This document shows, one piece after another, positions 26,692-36,698 of a DNA stretch of 64,000 nt (within the stretch, counting starts at the first letter, position 1; the number at the start of each line of letters is the position of its first letter). Origin of the DNA: Alphaproteobacteria bacterium (GTDB lineage Bacteria; Pseudomonadota; Alphaproteobacteria; UBA7887); assembly GCA_965216755.1 (NCBI GenBank), contig CBDCGL010000011.1, positions 1,824,001 through 1,888,000 of the forward strand. The letters run 5' to 3'. Under the pieces are notes generated by a model, which searched no databases, was not told where the DNA came from, and saw only the letters and a program-made list of their open reading frames with translations. A program made the translations under genes and the position numbers.

Positions 26692-29055
26692 CTATTCTCT
26701 CACCTTCAAAGCTGAGACCAGATCCAGTCTGTCAAGCCGCCGCCGCACGATCAGACCGGAAAGCACTGCGGCTGCGACAGCTGTCGAGACCGCAATGCCG
26801 TAAGTTGACGGCGCCACCACCAATGGTATGCGGAACAAATCGGTTTCGAATTGCGTCGATGCTAGCCACGCTAAAAGATACCCAAGACCGCAGCCCAGTG
26901 GCAGCGCCAGAAACGTCAGGATTGCTTGTTCGCCCAGCAAAATGTAAGTGACCTCGCCGCGGGTGAAACCCAGCACCCGCAGGCTCGCCAATTCCCGCGC
27001 CCGCTCGGATAAGGCGATGCGCGCGCTGTTGAACGCGACCCCAAACGCGATCAGGCCGGCGAATCCGATGTAAAAGGTTATCGCAATCATCATGGTTTCG
27101 GCGATCGTGGCGCGAAATGTCTGAATTGCTGCGGCCTTGAGCAACACACCCGCGACGGCTGGCGCGTCTTTCAACGCGCGATAGAGCGTATCTGCGGTGC
27201 CATCGTCAACCAGCATGTGGACGCCTGAAATCGTCGGGCCCTCGCCCATCAAACGGTTGAGCGCGGGCAAGTTCATATAAGCCGCCAAGCCGACATATTC
27301 TTGCACCACGGCCGCGACCGGCACTTGCACGACGGGGCGGCGTCCTTCCATAGCGGCGACAGTCACGACTCGGCCCGCTGTGACGCCCAACAAGCTCGCC
27401 AATTTGCTGGTCACAACCAGACCATCTCGCGGCATCGCCACCGGTCGCAGCGATTCATCAAGCAACCGACTAAGCGCGGTCTTCTGCGGCAAGCCGGTAA
27501 TGGCCAGCCGCTCCTCCTTATGGCCAAAGCGAATCCGCGCGGCGACACTGCGCACCGGCTCGGTCGCCAACACGCCAGGCAGGTGCTTGATATCATGAAT
27601 GACACGTCGTGGCCGCGGCTCTTCGAACGTAACGGTCACGTGCTGGCGCTGACTGGCAGCGTATGTCACATCGATCATGTGATTGATGGCATCAAGCCCG
27701 AACATGGAGCCAATCAACACAGCAACCGACAATGAAAGCCCCAAGATAGCCAGTCCGGCGCGCACGGGCCAACGCGTCAAATGCCGCGCGATCATGCGCG
27801 TCGGCTGCGAAACCACACGAAAAAGGCCCAGTCGTTCCAAGCCCAAAGACCGATAGCTTGTCGGCGGCGCCGGCACCATGGCGACAGCCGGCGGCAACTT
27901 GACCGCGCGCCAGACCACCGTCGCCGTCCCGATTAGGGCGGCAGCGATACTGATGGCGATCGCAATCACAAAAACCGGCGGATTGGCGCGATAATCCAAA
28001 AATGGAAAGCGATAGAGCGTCGCATAAAGCTCAGTCAGTCCGCGCCCCAAGAGGGTGCCGCCGACCAGGCCAATGACCATGCCCACAGCCACCAACAGCA
28101 GCACCATCTTGGCGTAGTGCCAACCCACCGCCAGATCGCCATATCCAAATGCTTTGAGAAGACCAATTTGTTCGCGTTCGGTTTCGATCAGGCGCGCCAC
28201 GACCATATTGAGCAAGAACGCAGAGACACCGAGAAAGATAGGCGGAATGACCCGTCCCATCGCACCCAACCCCTCGATCTCGCCTTTCAAGAATGCATGC
28301 GAAACATGTTCGTCCCGTACGATCGCCCCAGCCCCACCGTATCGCTCCAAAACGCCGTCGATCTGACCAATTACTTGCCGTTCGGATGCATCGCGGGTCA
28401 GCCGGACCGTGATTTGGTTGAATGCGCCGGACAGGTCGAACGCCGCAGCCAGCGCCTCGCGTCCCATCCACAGCACACCAAACCGACGATCGTCCGGCAT
28501 CAATTGCCCGCCGCCGGTGGCATAGATGAACTCAGGCGACAACGCGATTCCGGTTATCGATAGGCGCCTTTTTCGACCCTTGATAATTGCTTGGAGATCG
28601 TCGCCGGGCGATAACCCGTGAGCCTCGGCAAACGGTTCACTCACCAAGATCTCGTCCCAGCGGTCGGCCGCGATATCGCGCCCGCGTCGGATTGCAACAT
28701 CATTGATTGGCTTGCCACCGACGGCCTCTCGCGAAACTAAGCGCCCCGTCGCAGGTTCGGCCATCGTCTCGATGTCGATCGTGACGTCTGCGATAATCCG
28801 CGATTGAACGTCGCCCACGCCGGGTATACGCACCAGTCGATTGACCAAAGATTCCGGAGCCCGCTTAACCGACGCCCAAATATCGGCGAATCGGTAACGC
28901 TCATAGTAAGCGTCGCGCGTGGTCTCCAACGAGCGCAGCGTCCCAAACGCCATCACCAATGTCGCCGCGCCGCATGCGATCACCAAAGCGATGGCCAGGG
29001 CCTGGCCCTTTATCCGCCAAATGTCGCGAACTAGCTTCCGATCAAGCACGCGCAT
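26692..29055 (-). CDS. ABC transporter permease (duplicated MacB/FtsX-like)
   Basis: [41 protein letters not shown]. Confidence 0.9.
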   Translation of the reverse strand: MRVLDRKLVRDIWRIKGQALAIALVIACGAATLVMAFGTLRSLETTRDAYYERYRFADIWASVKRAPESLVNRLVRIPGVGDVQSRIIADVTIDIETMAEPATGRLVSREAVGGKPINDVAIRRGRDIAADRWDEILVSEPFAEAHGLSPGDDLQAIIKGRKRRLSITGIALSPEFIYATGGGQLMPDDRRFGVLWMGREALAAAFDLSGAFNQITVRLTRDASERQVIGQIDGVLERYGGAGAIVRDEHVSHAFLKGEIEGLGAMGRVIPPIFLGVSAFLLNMVVARLIETEREQIGLLKAFGYGDLAVGWHYAKMVLLLVAVGMVIGLVGGTLLGRGLTELYATLYRFPFLDYRANPPVFVIAIAISIAAALIGTATVVWRAVKLPPAVAMVPAPPTSYRSLGLERLGLFRVVSQPTRMIARHLTRWPVRAGLAILGLSLSVAVLIGSMFGLDAINHMIDVTYAASQRQHVTVTFEEPRPRRVIHDIKHLPGVLATEPVRSVAARIRFGHKEERLAITGLPQKTALSRLLDESLRPVAMPRDGLVVTSKLASLLGVTAGRVVTVAAMEGRRPVVQVPVAAVVQEYVGLAAYMNLPALNRLMGEGPTISGVHMLVDDGTADTLYRALKDAPAVAGVLLKAAAIQTFRATIAETMMIAITFYIGFAGLIAFGVAFNSARIALSERARELASLRVLGFTRGEVTYILLGEQAILTFLALPLGCGLGYLLAWLASTQFETDLFRIPLVVAPSTYGIAVSTAVAAAVLSGLIVRRRLDRLDLVSALKVRE

Positions 29056-29083
29056 TGGCGAAAATCCCAATTCTGTCGACGGT

Positions 29084-29806
29084 CTACCAAGCTATATTCT
29101 CGACCGCGGTCCGGGTCGGATTGACCGTCACTTTGACGATCTGGCCGTCCGCGAAAGACATTACCCGATCAGCCATGGCGGCAATCGCCACATTGTGCGT
29201 GATCAGCGCTGTCGTGGTCCCCAAAGTCCGATTGATGCGATCAATCGCCTCGAGAACCACGATGCCCGTGCGACTGTCCAACGCACCAGTTGGCTCATCG
29301 CACAACAAAACTTGCGGCCGCTTCGCGATGGCTCGCGCGATCGCGACACGCTGCTGTTCACCACCGGACAATTGGGACGGAAAGTGGTCCATCCGTTCGC
29401 CGAGCCCGACCAGCCGGAGCGCTTCGTCGGCGGCCATTGGTGCTCTCGCGATTTCGGTCACCAGCGCCACGTTTTCGCGCGCGGTCAGGCTGGGTATCAA
29501 ATTGTAGAACTGAAAGACAAAGCCGACATGATCGCGGCGATAGGCCGTCATTTCGCGATCGTTGAAGCCGGTCAGCCTGCGCTCATCGAAATAGACGTCG
29601 CCCGATGTCGGCACGTCTAGACCGCCGAGAATATTCAGCAAGGTTGACTTGCCGCTCCCCGACGGACCGACAAGTACAACCAGTTCACTCTTGTAGAATT
29701 CACAGTCGACGCCGCGCAGGGCTTGAACGTCGATGGCGTCCGTGCGGTAAACCTTGGTGACCCCAACCATGCGGAACGTACGCTGCTGCCCCGACAAGGT
29801 CGTCAC
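29084..29806 (-). CDS. ABC transporter ATP-binding protein (LolD/MacB-like)
   Basis: [31 protein letters not shown]-loop ITHN. Confidence 0.95.
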   Translation of the reverse strand: MTTLSGQQRTFRMVGVTKVYRTDAIDVQALRGVDCEFYKSELVVLVGPSGSGKSTLLNILGGLDVPTSGDVYFDERRLTGFNDREMTAYRRDHVGFVFQFYNLIPSLTARENVALVTEIARAPMAADEALRLVGLGERMDHFPSQLSGGEQQRVAIARAIAKRPQVLLCDEPTGALDSRTGIVVLEAIDRINRTLGTTTALITHNVAIAAMADRVMSFADGQIVKVTVNPTRTAVENIAW

Positions 29807-29884
29807 GCGCGGTCTGTTTCATCACCCGGCGGTCCGGGTGGACATTGGAGATTTCGGCCCGGCTCAACCGGGCCGAAGGCTGGT

Positions 29885-30583
29885 TTATTTTGTGTTCGCC
29901 AGGGCGTAGTCCCGGCTTTTGCGGGCGTAGAAAATATGACGGCCCAGTTTGATATTGGCATTGAACGCATGGCGCCAGCTTGGCTGTACATAGTCAGCAT
30001 GATACCAGAGGGCACCATCGGTCGGATCGTCGACCTCCAGGTTATACACCTTTTGGGCGACCAGTTTGCTGCGTTCCCACGCCCTATCATCTCGCGGCTT
30101 GTCGCTGCGCCCATCGCACCACCAGGAGAATTGACACCGGTTCAAGACTCGCTCGCCGCCCTGTCGAACGACTCCACAAATGGTTTCCGGAAAAACCCGA
30201 TCGCGCACGCGATTCAAGACGACATGTGCGACCGCAACCTGACCGGCGTGTGGTTCGCTGCGTGCTTCGAAATAGACATTGAGCGCCAGGCACCTCAGTT
30301 CGGCTTGGCGTTTGCCGTCGACAAGCGCGTCGGCATGACCAGGCACGGGTGGCGCCGCGAGCGATACACCAGCTTGGTCGGTCATTTCCTGCTTGACCAA
30401 AGTCACTTGCCACGTCGGCGGCAGGTCTCGTTTCGAAATCTCGAACGAGCGGGACAGCACGTCGGAGGCAACCTGGAACGTGCCCGGGCTTTCGCCCGTC
30501 GCCGGGCTCAGATTGAACAAGAGACCGACGTGAAGCGCACATGCGAATGAGATCACTGACCCGATTTTTGTGGGTGACTCCAT
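29885..30583 (-). CDS. Cell wall hydrolase (SleB/Hydrolase_2 family)
   Basis: CLALNVYFEARSE, GQVAVAHVVLNR, CQFSWWCDG, GALWYHADYV, GRHIFY. Start uncertain. Confidence 0.88.
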   Translation of the reverse strand: MESPTKIGSVISFACALHVGLLFNLSPATGESPGTFQVASDVLSRSFEISKRDLPPTWQVTLVKQEMTDQAGVSLAAPPVPGHADALVDGKRQAELRCLALNVYFEARSEPHAGQVAVAHVVLNRVRDRVFPETICGVVRQGGERVLNRCQFSWWCDGRSDKPRDDRAWERSKLVAQKVYNLEVDDPTDGALWYHADYVQPSWRHAFNANIKLGRHIFYARKSRDYALANTK

Positions 30584-30886
30584 CCGGCTGTGCCGCTCCT
30601 CCGAGGAAGATGCGGAAATGTCGGTCGATGCGTCGAGGCCGTGTGTGCGAGGTTCCATCTTGCCGCCGTTTTACTTGCCCTGAACGGCCCCGATATCCCC
30701 GCGGGAGCCGTATCTTTTGATGGACGCAACGATACGGCAGTTGCCACATTTTGGTCATGATCCAATTAAACTAAAATTGTTTGGATTTGCCGGAGAGGCC
30801 CAAATTTCACCCCGCAGAACGATATATTCTGTTGATTATCAGTTATTTACATGATGATCTGATCGACAGAGCGTACCGTTGCGGGC

Positions 30887-31387
30887 TTAATCCTCGCGCC
30901 GCCAGGTCACCCGAACATAGTACCCGGAGTCGTCATAGTGAATATTGACGTCGCCGCCATGGGCATCGCGAAGCGCGCGCCCGATCCCCGGCGGCCCGTG
31001 GATATCCGTTGTGAAAATCACATACCCGTCAGGCCCCTCTTCAACCCTCAAGATCCGGTGAAGCGGATGTTCGATCGCTTCGCGTTCCACACGATGGCGT
31101 GCCAACGCCAATATCTCATCGTGGTGTGCCACAGCAAATGCACCAGAGATCCGCACTTCGCCGGCCGGCATATTGTCCGCCTGCCGCTGACAAGCCGGAC
31201 AGGACACAACCTTGGCATTGGTCGCGGCTTCAGCCCGTCGCCAGCGTCCTTGCGCAAACACCAGTCCACAAGTCCCGCAAACCGAAGGTCCGGACGGTTT
31301 CAAACGAACCATATACGGATCGTGAATGTGTTCCCTAATTTGTCGATCACGGCGATTCGGCCGCGATCCCGTATCGGCTGGGGGCAT
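30887..31387 (-). CDS. BCAM0308-family protein (two CxxC motifs)
   Basis: RRDRQIREHIHDPY, CGTCG..GRW, CPACQR, EHPLHRI, TTDIH..IGRAL, VRVTWRR. Confidence 0.78.
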   Translation of the reverse strand: MPPADTGSRPNRRDRQIREHIHDPYMVRLKPSGPSVCGTCGLVFAQGRWRRAEAATNAKVVSCPACQRQADNMPAGEVRISGAFAVAHHDEILALARHRVEREAIEHPLHRILRVEEGPDGYVIFTTDIHGPPGIGRALRDAHGGDVNIHYDDSGYYVRVTWRRED

Positions 31388-31548
31388 GATGAGACTCGCA
31401 ATTTAATAACCAGGCCCGTCGCACTCGCGGCACATCTGGCCAGCACTGGGCGCGCACGCAACTGGTGAAACACTGACTGTTGGCGGCCTGTCGCGTCGCT
31501 AAAATGAGTTAAGAGCGGATCGTCTTATTGAATTGGCGTTAAAATCGC

Positions 31549-31711
31549 GGTGACGGCCGCGGGGCCAAGCCGAACTGCTGGACTGGGATAAATTTACTCA
31601 GTGAGCGGCCATCGCCACACTCGGGCTGAGCCGTTCCCCAGGCGCGTAGTACCACCGCACGCTGCCCCCCATTCGCAGGGTACGACGCCACGGCCCAGCG
31701 CCGAGTGTAGC
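31549..31711. ncRNA. Putative structured RNA or palindromic element
   Basis: Stem 31549-31560/31605-31616 enclosing two small hairpins, followed by long stem 31614-31634/31690-31711 with inner stem gcgtagtacc/ggtacgacgc. Confidence 0.35.
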
Positions 31712-31959
31712 CCGATACATATATCACTAGTCTTTTGGAGTATGAAAGATCATCTTGTCAATGAATAGGCAACGTTTCGAAGTCGTTCTGAAATATGCGC
31801 AGCCGTTCAATGCGATGCTGGTCGGCCGTCACAGCTTTGTCACTCGGCAAACAGTATCGCGGGCGGCAGAAGCAGCATCCCAAAACGCGTCAGATCAGGT
31901 TATTGGAATAGTACCGCCGGGCCAAGCAAAGGCCGAAACGCGGCACTGCCGAAGCTTAA

Positions 31960-32649
31960 TCAAGCGGAAAGATCGTTCTGATCCAAACAATAGTGAAGGC
32001 GATAGATGCCGGCCGCCGCCGGGCCGACGCCTATGGCCGACAAACCTCCATCGGCAAGATCGTTGTTGCGTAGCGCCGTCAACGCGGCTTCTTCGACGGC
32101 TTCGACCAAAATCACCCAATCTGCGACGGCGTCGGGCTGATCGCGCAACGATTTCTCTTGTGTTTCGAAGTGACTCGCCGCCTCGTCGCCAACTAAATGA
32201 TGCGCGCCAACGATACCCTGGCGAGTCAGGAGTTCTGGGAACAGTTTGGTGTCCAACATGTCCTGCAATTCGGCGCGGCGCTCCAGCGTTGGCGCACATT
32301 GAAGCGTCAGCATCGCAGACCCAATGCCACGACCGTGGCTTGCCGCCACCGCGCACAGGGTCCGATTGGCGTTCCGAAAATTGGCCAAGGACGCGCGCGT
32401 CCACGGAGTCGGGTCATTCAGCCGAGCCAGATAAGCATCCGACGTCAATATCGCCACTGACTCTGTTTCATAGAAATTAAAGAACTTCGGCTGGGCCGTA
32501 TCTGACACATACCGGCGTCCACGCAAAAACCCGGGAATTCCGACACGCTCGGGAACATGTTCGAAAACGTGCCAGTGATGGAAGTCTGCCTCGCCGCCGG
32601 GCGCAATGTCATTCCAAAACGCCATAACCCCTTTGCCTCGCAATGTCAT
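31960..32649 (-). CDS. DUF4286/EthD-like dimeric alpha-beta barrel protein
   Basis: FWNDI..EADFHHWH..EHVPERVGIPGFLRGRRY, FYET, YLARLNDPTPWT. Confidence 0.7.
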   Translation of the reverse strand: MTLRGKGVMAFWNDIAPGGEADFHHWHVFEHVPERVGIPGFLRGRRYVSDTAQPKFFNFYETESVAILTSDAYLARLNDPTPWTRASLANFRNANRTLCAVAASHGRGIGSAMLTLQCAPTLERRAELQDMLDTKLFPELLTRQGIVGAHHLVGDEAASHFETQEKSLRDQPDAVADWVILVEAVEEAALTALRNNDLADGGLSAIGVGPAAAGIYRLHYCLDQNDLSA

Positions 32650-32794
32650 TTCGGCACCTTTCCCCGGACAATCCGGCATTTGTCAGCGACCCGGCCTCTT
32701 AAGCTACGGTTGACACAGCCCACGGACGATGGCAACCACCGAGCGCGACCCAACATCGGACTTTTGACCATATTCCAGCGACGAGAGCCCTCCC

Positions 32795-33985
32795 ATGGAA
32801 ATCCTCGACGGCATTCGCATTCTCAGTTTCAATCACTTCCTGTTAGGGCCCGTGGGCGTGCAAGTGCTCGGGGATCTCGGCGCGGACGTCATCACCATCG
32901 AACCGGTCGGCGGTAGCTTTCAACGCAAATGGGGCGGTGCCAATCGCAAAGTGGATGGCGAGTCGGTACTGTTTCAATGCGGCAATCGCAACAAACGCAG
33001 CCTGGCGCTGGACCTCAAAGCGCCTGACGGCCAACGGATTGTCCGCAGCCTGATCGAACGAACCGACGTGATAACCGAGAATTTCCGACCCGGCGTCATG
33101 GACAAGCTCGGATTCGGCTTTGATGCCGCGCGAGAGCTCAACCCGAAAGTGATCTATGCCTCGGCGTCGGGTTACGGCCGCGACGGCCCGTATCGCGACC
33201 GTCCTGGACAAGATTTGGTAATCCAGGCCATGTCTGGCCTGGCCAATATCACGGGTTCGGTGGACCAGCCGCCAACGCCGGTTGGCGTTTCGGCCGCCGA
33301 CCATCATGGTGCGCAAATTCTCGCCATGTCCGTCCTCGCCGCCTTGTTTCGTCGCGAACGCACGGGCAAAGGTTGCCGGGTCGACGTGAATCTGTTGTCG
33401 GCCAGCTTGGATCTCCAAATGGAATCATTAGTTTGCTATGCTAATGGTGCGCCGGTTTCGCAGCGTGCGCCACGGCATATCGGCGGCTGGCTTTATCCAG
33501 CGCCCTATGGGTTCTACGCGACCAGAGACGGACATGTGGCGATTTCACTGGGCTCACTCAAATCCTTGGCGGCCGCGCTCAATTGCCAACCGCTCGAAGC
33601 ATTTGATGACGACCAAGCATTCGAACGGGCCGGTGACATTGCATTGCTCATTCAAGAAGCCGTGCGTGACTTCACGACCGCGGAACTTGAAGAACGATTA
33701 GCGAAACATAAACTGTGGTACTCACGGGTAAACGACTACGCAGCGGTCATGGAAGATCCGCAAGTCGAACACAACGGCTCGTTTGTTACGATCGAGGGCG
33801 CGCGTGGCGCGCCTGTGACCCTCTTGACCCACCCGGTGCGCTATGATGGCGAAGTGCCACCAATTCGGCTGCCGCCGCAGCCCTTGGGTGCACAAACCAA
33901 GGAAATACTTCTGGAGCTTGGTTACGCCGCAGACGAAATTGACCGCTTGCGCGACGATCGTGTTATCGGCACGGCAGATGACTGA
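32795..33985 (+). CDS. CaiB/BaiF family III CoA-transferase
   Basis: LGDLGADVI, NRNKRSLALDLK, ENFRPG, SGYGRDGP, GQDLVIQ. Confidence 0.92.
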   Translation: MEILDGIRILSFNHFLLGPVGVQVLGDLGADVITIEPVGGSFQRKWGGANRKVDGESVLFQCGNRNKRSLALDLKAPDGQRIVRSLIERTDVITENFRPGVMDKLGFGFDAARELNPKVIYASASGYGRDGPYRDRPGQDLVIQAMSGLANITGSVDQPPTPVGVSAADHHGAQILAMSVLAALFRRERTGKGCRVDVNLLSASLDLQMESLVCYANGAPVSQRAPRHIGGWLYPAPYGFYATRDGHVAISLGSLKSLAAALNCQPLEAFDDDQAFERAGDIALLIQEAVRDFTTAELEERLAKHKLWYSRVNDYAAVMEDPQVEHNGSFVTIEGARGAPVTLLTHPVRYDGEVPPIRLPPQPLGAQTKEILLELGYAADEIDRLRDDRVIGTADD

Positions 33986-34007
33986 GGCGACCAATATGTC
34001 ATGACTT

Positions 34008-35606
34008 TCAGGGACGGCCGTCCCACCAAGCCTGCCACGCCGCGATATCATAGCCAAATCTTTGGCCCGTGACCGCGGTCAACGCACCGACGATGTCACC
34101 TTTGATCCAGTCGGGACCATTGGACGATTGTAGACGCGCCAACAATCGGTCGATCGTCGCCACATCGGATTGCGCCAGGCGCCCGATGGCCCATGCCGCC
34201 GCCGGCGCGGCCTCTAGGTATTTCTCTGACTCGTGCTGTTTTGTGCGCCATGGTTCGGCAAGAATGTCCGGCGGTACATATCCGCCCCCAACCATCCCGA
34301 TCGCCCACAATAGGCCCCATCGAGCGATATCGGCGGCCGGCACCGTGCGCGCCCCGAAAAGCGGGACTTGAAGATCCGGAAAGCCGCGCGCCAAATGCGC
34401 GGACAGAACAGCGCCGCTTGTCGGACCGGGGCAAGCCACGATGTCGGCCAAATTGGCACGGAGACCGGCGCCAAATTGCTCATATGAAATCCGATCGGCG
34501 AGTACCGCGCCCAATCCGTGCACCGCGCGCGCGCCCCGACCGTCGGCGCACAATGCTTCATTGCGGAGCGATGGCCAGGCGGCCGCCTGAGTATTTCTTT
34601 CCGGTTGAGCCAGCGCCGCGCGGTCCGGCCCCCACAACGTGCCGCGACCGTCGGGACCAATCGTGCCGACATAGACATCGCCCATAACATCGGCGACATC
34701 GACGGGCCGGGCGCCGTCGAAGGCTTGGTTCTTCTGCCAAACAGCGCCGTCCTGACTGCGCCACAGGGCGCCGCCGCTGTCTGACCGGACCACCACGGAA
34801 AGTGATCTCGCGCCCGCCGCCATCGCGCCCAAATACTGATCGTCAAATTTGCCGACACGCTCGCTCATGATGCCGTCCGTGCGCCATAGTGAAGTCATGC
34901 CATCACGTTCATTGATACCGTACACCCAACCATCGAACACAGTGACATCGCGGACCCGCCACCCATCCGGCCAATTGGGCGCGGCGGCCATAAGCCCGTC
35001 CCTCCACATCAGGAGCTTGGGCCCGCCGTCACCGCCATAGGTCAGGCCGGCGAAAACCGTGACGTCCAGCGATGCCAACGACGTTATGCGGCTGACACGC
35101 CCCTCGGAGGTCGGGTGGTCGTAGATGACGCGCCATGTCGCGCCGCCGTCATCCGACCGCTGCAGCAGCGCCCGCCATGCCGAAGATGCGGCGACCAAGC
35201 CGCCGTCATGTGGGATCATGGCGTGGACATGGAACGCCAAGCCATCTTGCAGAACGCGCCATTGCCAGTCACGGCCATCGCTGACCATAAATTCGCCACG
35301 CCCAGTGCTGGCGCGCGGGTCTTCAAACGGCCAGTACATCATGCCGTTGTGAACAAGTGGCAAACCGGCATCTTGGCTAAACAAATGCTGTTCGTAGCGT
35401 GTTTGCCGGGTGGCCGGATCAAAGCTGTAGATGTCGGCGGCGTTGTGGTTCACGAATTTGACGCTGTTGGCGAACCAGATACGACCGTCATAGCCGATGA
35501 TTCGCGACACCGCGGACCACGGCCCCGGCTGTGCCAACGGCACCAAACGATCGGTGATTTGCGCAACCGCGGGACCAACAAGTCCGATCGCCAGAACCAA
35601 AGCCAA
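34008..35606 (-). CDS. Secreted hypothetical protein, beta-propeller-like N-terminus and helical C-terminus
   Basis: Signal-like N-terminus, BNR/Asp-box SDDGGATW, repeated W-x-T/S-DG strands; start uncertain. Confidence 0.7.
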   Translation of the reverse strand: MALVLAIGLVGPAVAQITDRLVPLAQPGPWSAVSRIIGYDGRIWFANSVKFVNHNAADIYSFDPATRQTRYEQHLFSQDAGLPLVHNGMMYWPFEDPRASTGRGEFMVSDGRDWQWRVLQDGLAFHVHAMIPHDGGLVAASSAWRALLQRSDDGGATWRVIYDHPTSEGRVSRITSLASLDVTVFAGLTYGGDGGPKLLMWRDGLMAAAPNWPDGWRVRDVTVFDGWVYGINERDGMTSLWRTDGIMSERVGKFDDQYLGAMAAGARSLSVVVRSDSGGALWRSQDGAVWQKNQAFDGARPVDVADVMGDVYVGTIGPDGRGTLWGPDRAALAQPERNTQAAAWPSLRNEALCADGRGARAVHGLGAVLADRISYEQFGAGLRANLADIVACPGPTSGAVLSAHLARGFPDLQVPLFGARTVPAADIARWGLLWAIGMVGGGYVPPDILAEPWRTKQHESEKYLEAAPAAAWAIGRLAQSDVATIDRLLARLQSSNGPDWIKGDIVGALTAVTGQRFGYDIAAWQAWWDGRP

Positions 35607-35799
35607 GAGCCAATATCGAACAAACCAGAAAGTGGACGCGTGAAACAGGTCTGCCTCCCTGCGATCCTCGCCGCCACCCTAGTCTGGCCGCCACCGCGCG
35701 ATGCGAGCAAGGGCAATGTCCGTGGATCGACGAGATCGCGGGTTGTCGCGCGGTTCATATTGGGACTAGATTTTCAGTTGGCTCAGTTGGGAGCGTGCC

Positions 35800-36108
35800 A
35801 TGACGAAGCCGATGACATTTGACGGGTTCAAGGCCTCTTTGCGCAATCCGTCCCCACCCGACGCGCTGTCGTTGCCCTTACAAGCCCTGTGGTACGAGTC
35901 CACCGGCGATTGGGACCAGGCGCACACAGCCGCGCAGCAGGCGGACAACACCGACGGCGCCTGGGTTCATGCCTATTTGCATCGGGTTGAGGGTGACCTC
36001 AGCAACGCGCGGTATTGGTATCGACGGGCGGACAAACCGGAATCGACGGCCACGCTCGCCGAGGAATGGTCGGCAATTGTTCGAACACTGCTGTCGTCGG
36101 CAGTGTAG
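35800..36108 (+). CDS. Conserved small TPR-like hypothetical protein
   Basis: WDQAH..Q, AWVHAYLHRVEGDLSNARYWYRRA; gggag RBS. Confidence 0.8.
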   Translation: MTKPMTFDGFKASLRNPSPPDALSLPLQALWYESTGDWDQAHTAAQQADNTDGAWVHAYLHRVEGDLSNARYWYRRADKPESTATLAEEWSAIVRTLLSSAV

Positions 36109-36698
36109 GATAACCGCGCGCCGTCATCTGAGCAAAGTATCGCGGGAAGCGCTGCTTCTTGCGTATTGCGTCACCAGGCTCCGGATGGACAAGGCGAGCA
36201 CCGACAAACAAGCCACACCTGCGCAGTTAGCAACAAGTCAATCACTTGGGCCAATCATTCTCTAGAACTATCAATTGGCGCATTTCCTTTCGGCTTACTC
36301 ATGATGACCAAAAAATATCCAATTGGTTCCGTCGGGGCGGTCGCCATTTAGTTGCATAGTACTATTTCCTCTGCCCATACGGACCGATTGCATATGCAAG
36401 TGTGGCCCGTATTTGTCCACAACACGAATGTGGGAATTGAGGGCTCGGTGTAGTGGTGACGAGAACCGGGAACGTCCCGTTCAGCGATAGACGGAAGGCA
36501 AACTCGGTTGGTTTCCAACCACGCTCGGACAGGCGAGCTCGCCGGTCTGGCCAGTGCTGCCAAGTCGCGACGACGCTTCCAGGAAACCCAACAAACCTTC
36601 ATCGTCAAGAGCCCGCCCTAGGCCCAAACGTCGGCAATGTCTATTGCGAGTAACCCAGACCACTCGGTGATGCTGTTGAACCTAGAGGACCTCGTGCC

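Noticed and set aside
31733-31761. Sigma70 promoter driving the 31549-31711 element (TTGACA on minus strand)
   Set aside because: No acceptable -10 hexamer at 16-18 bp spacing.
36490-36565. c-di-GMP-I riboswitch in the long MCP leader (GGCAAAC, hairpin ggttgg-ttt-ccaacc, palindrome ggcgagctcgcc)
   Set aside because: No GNRA loop, no GGGACGCAAAG junction and no tetraloop receptor; only a short seed match. cmscan would settle it.
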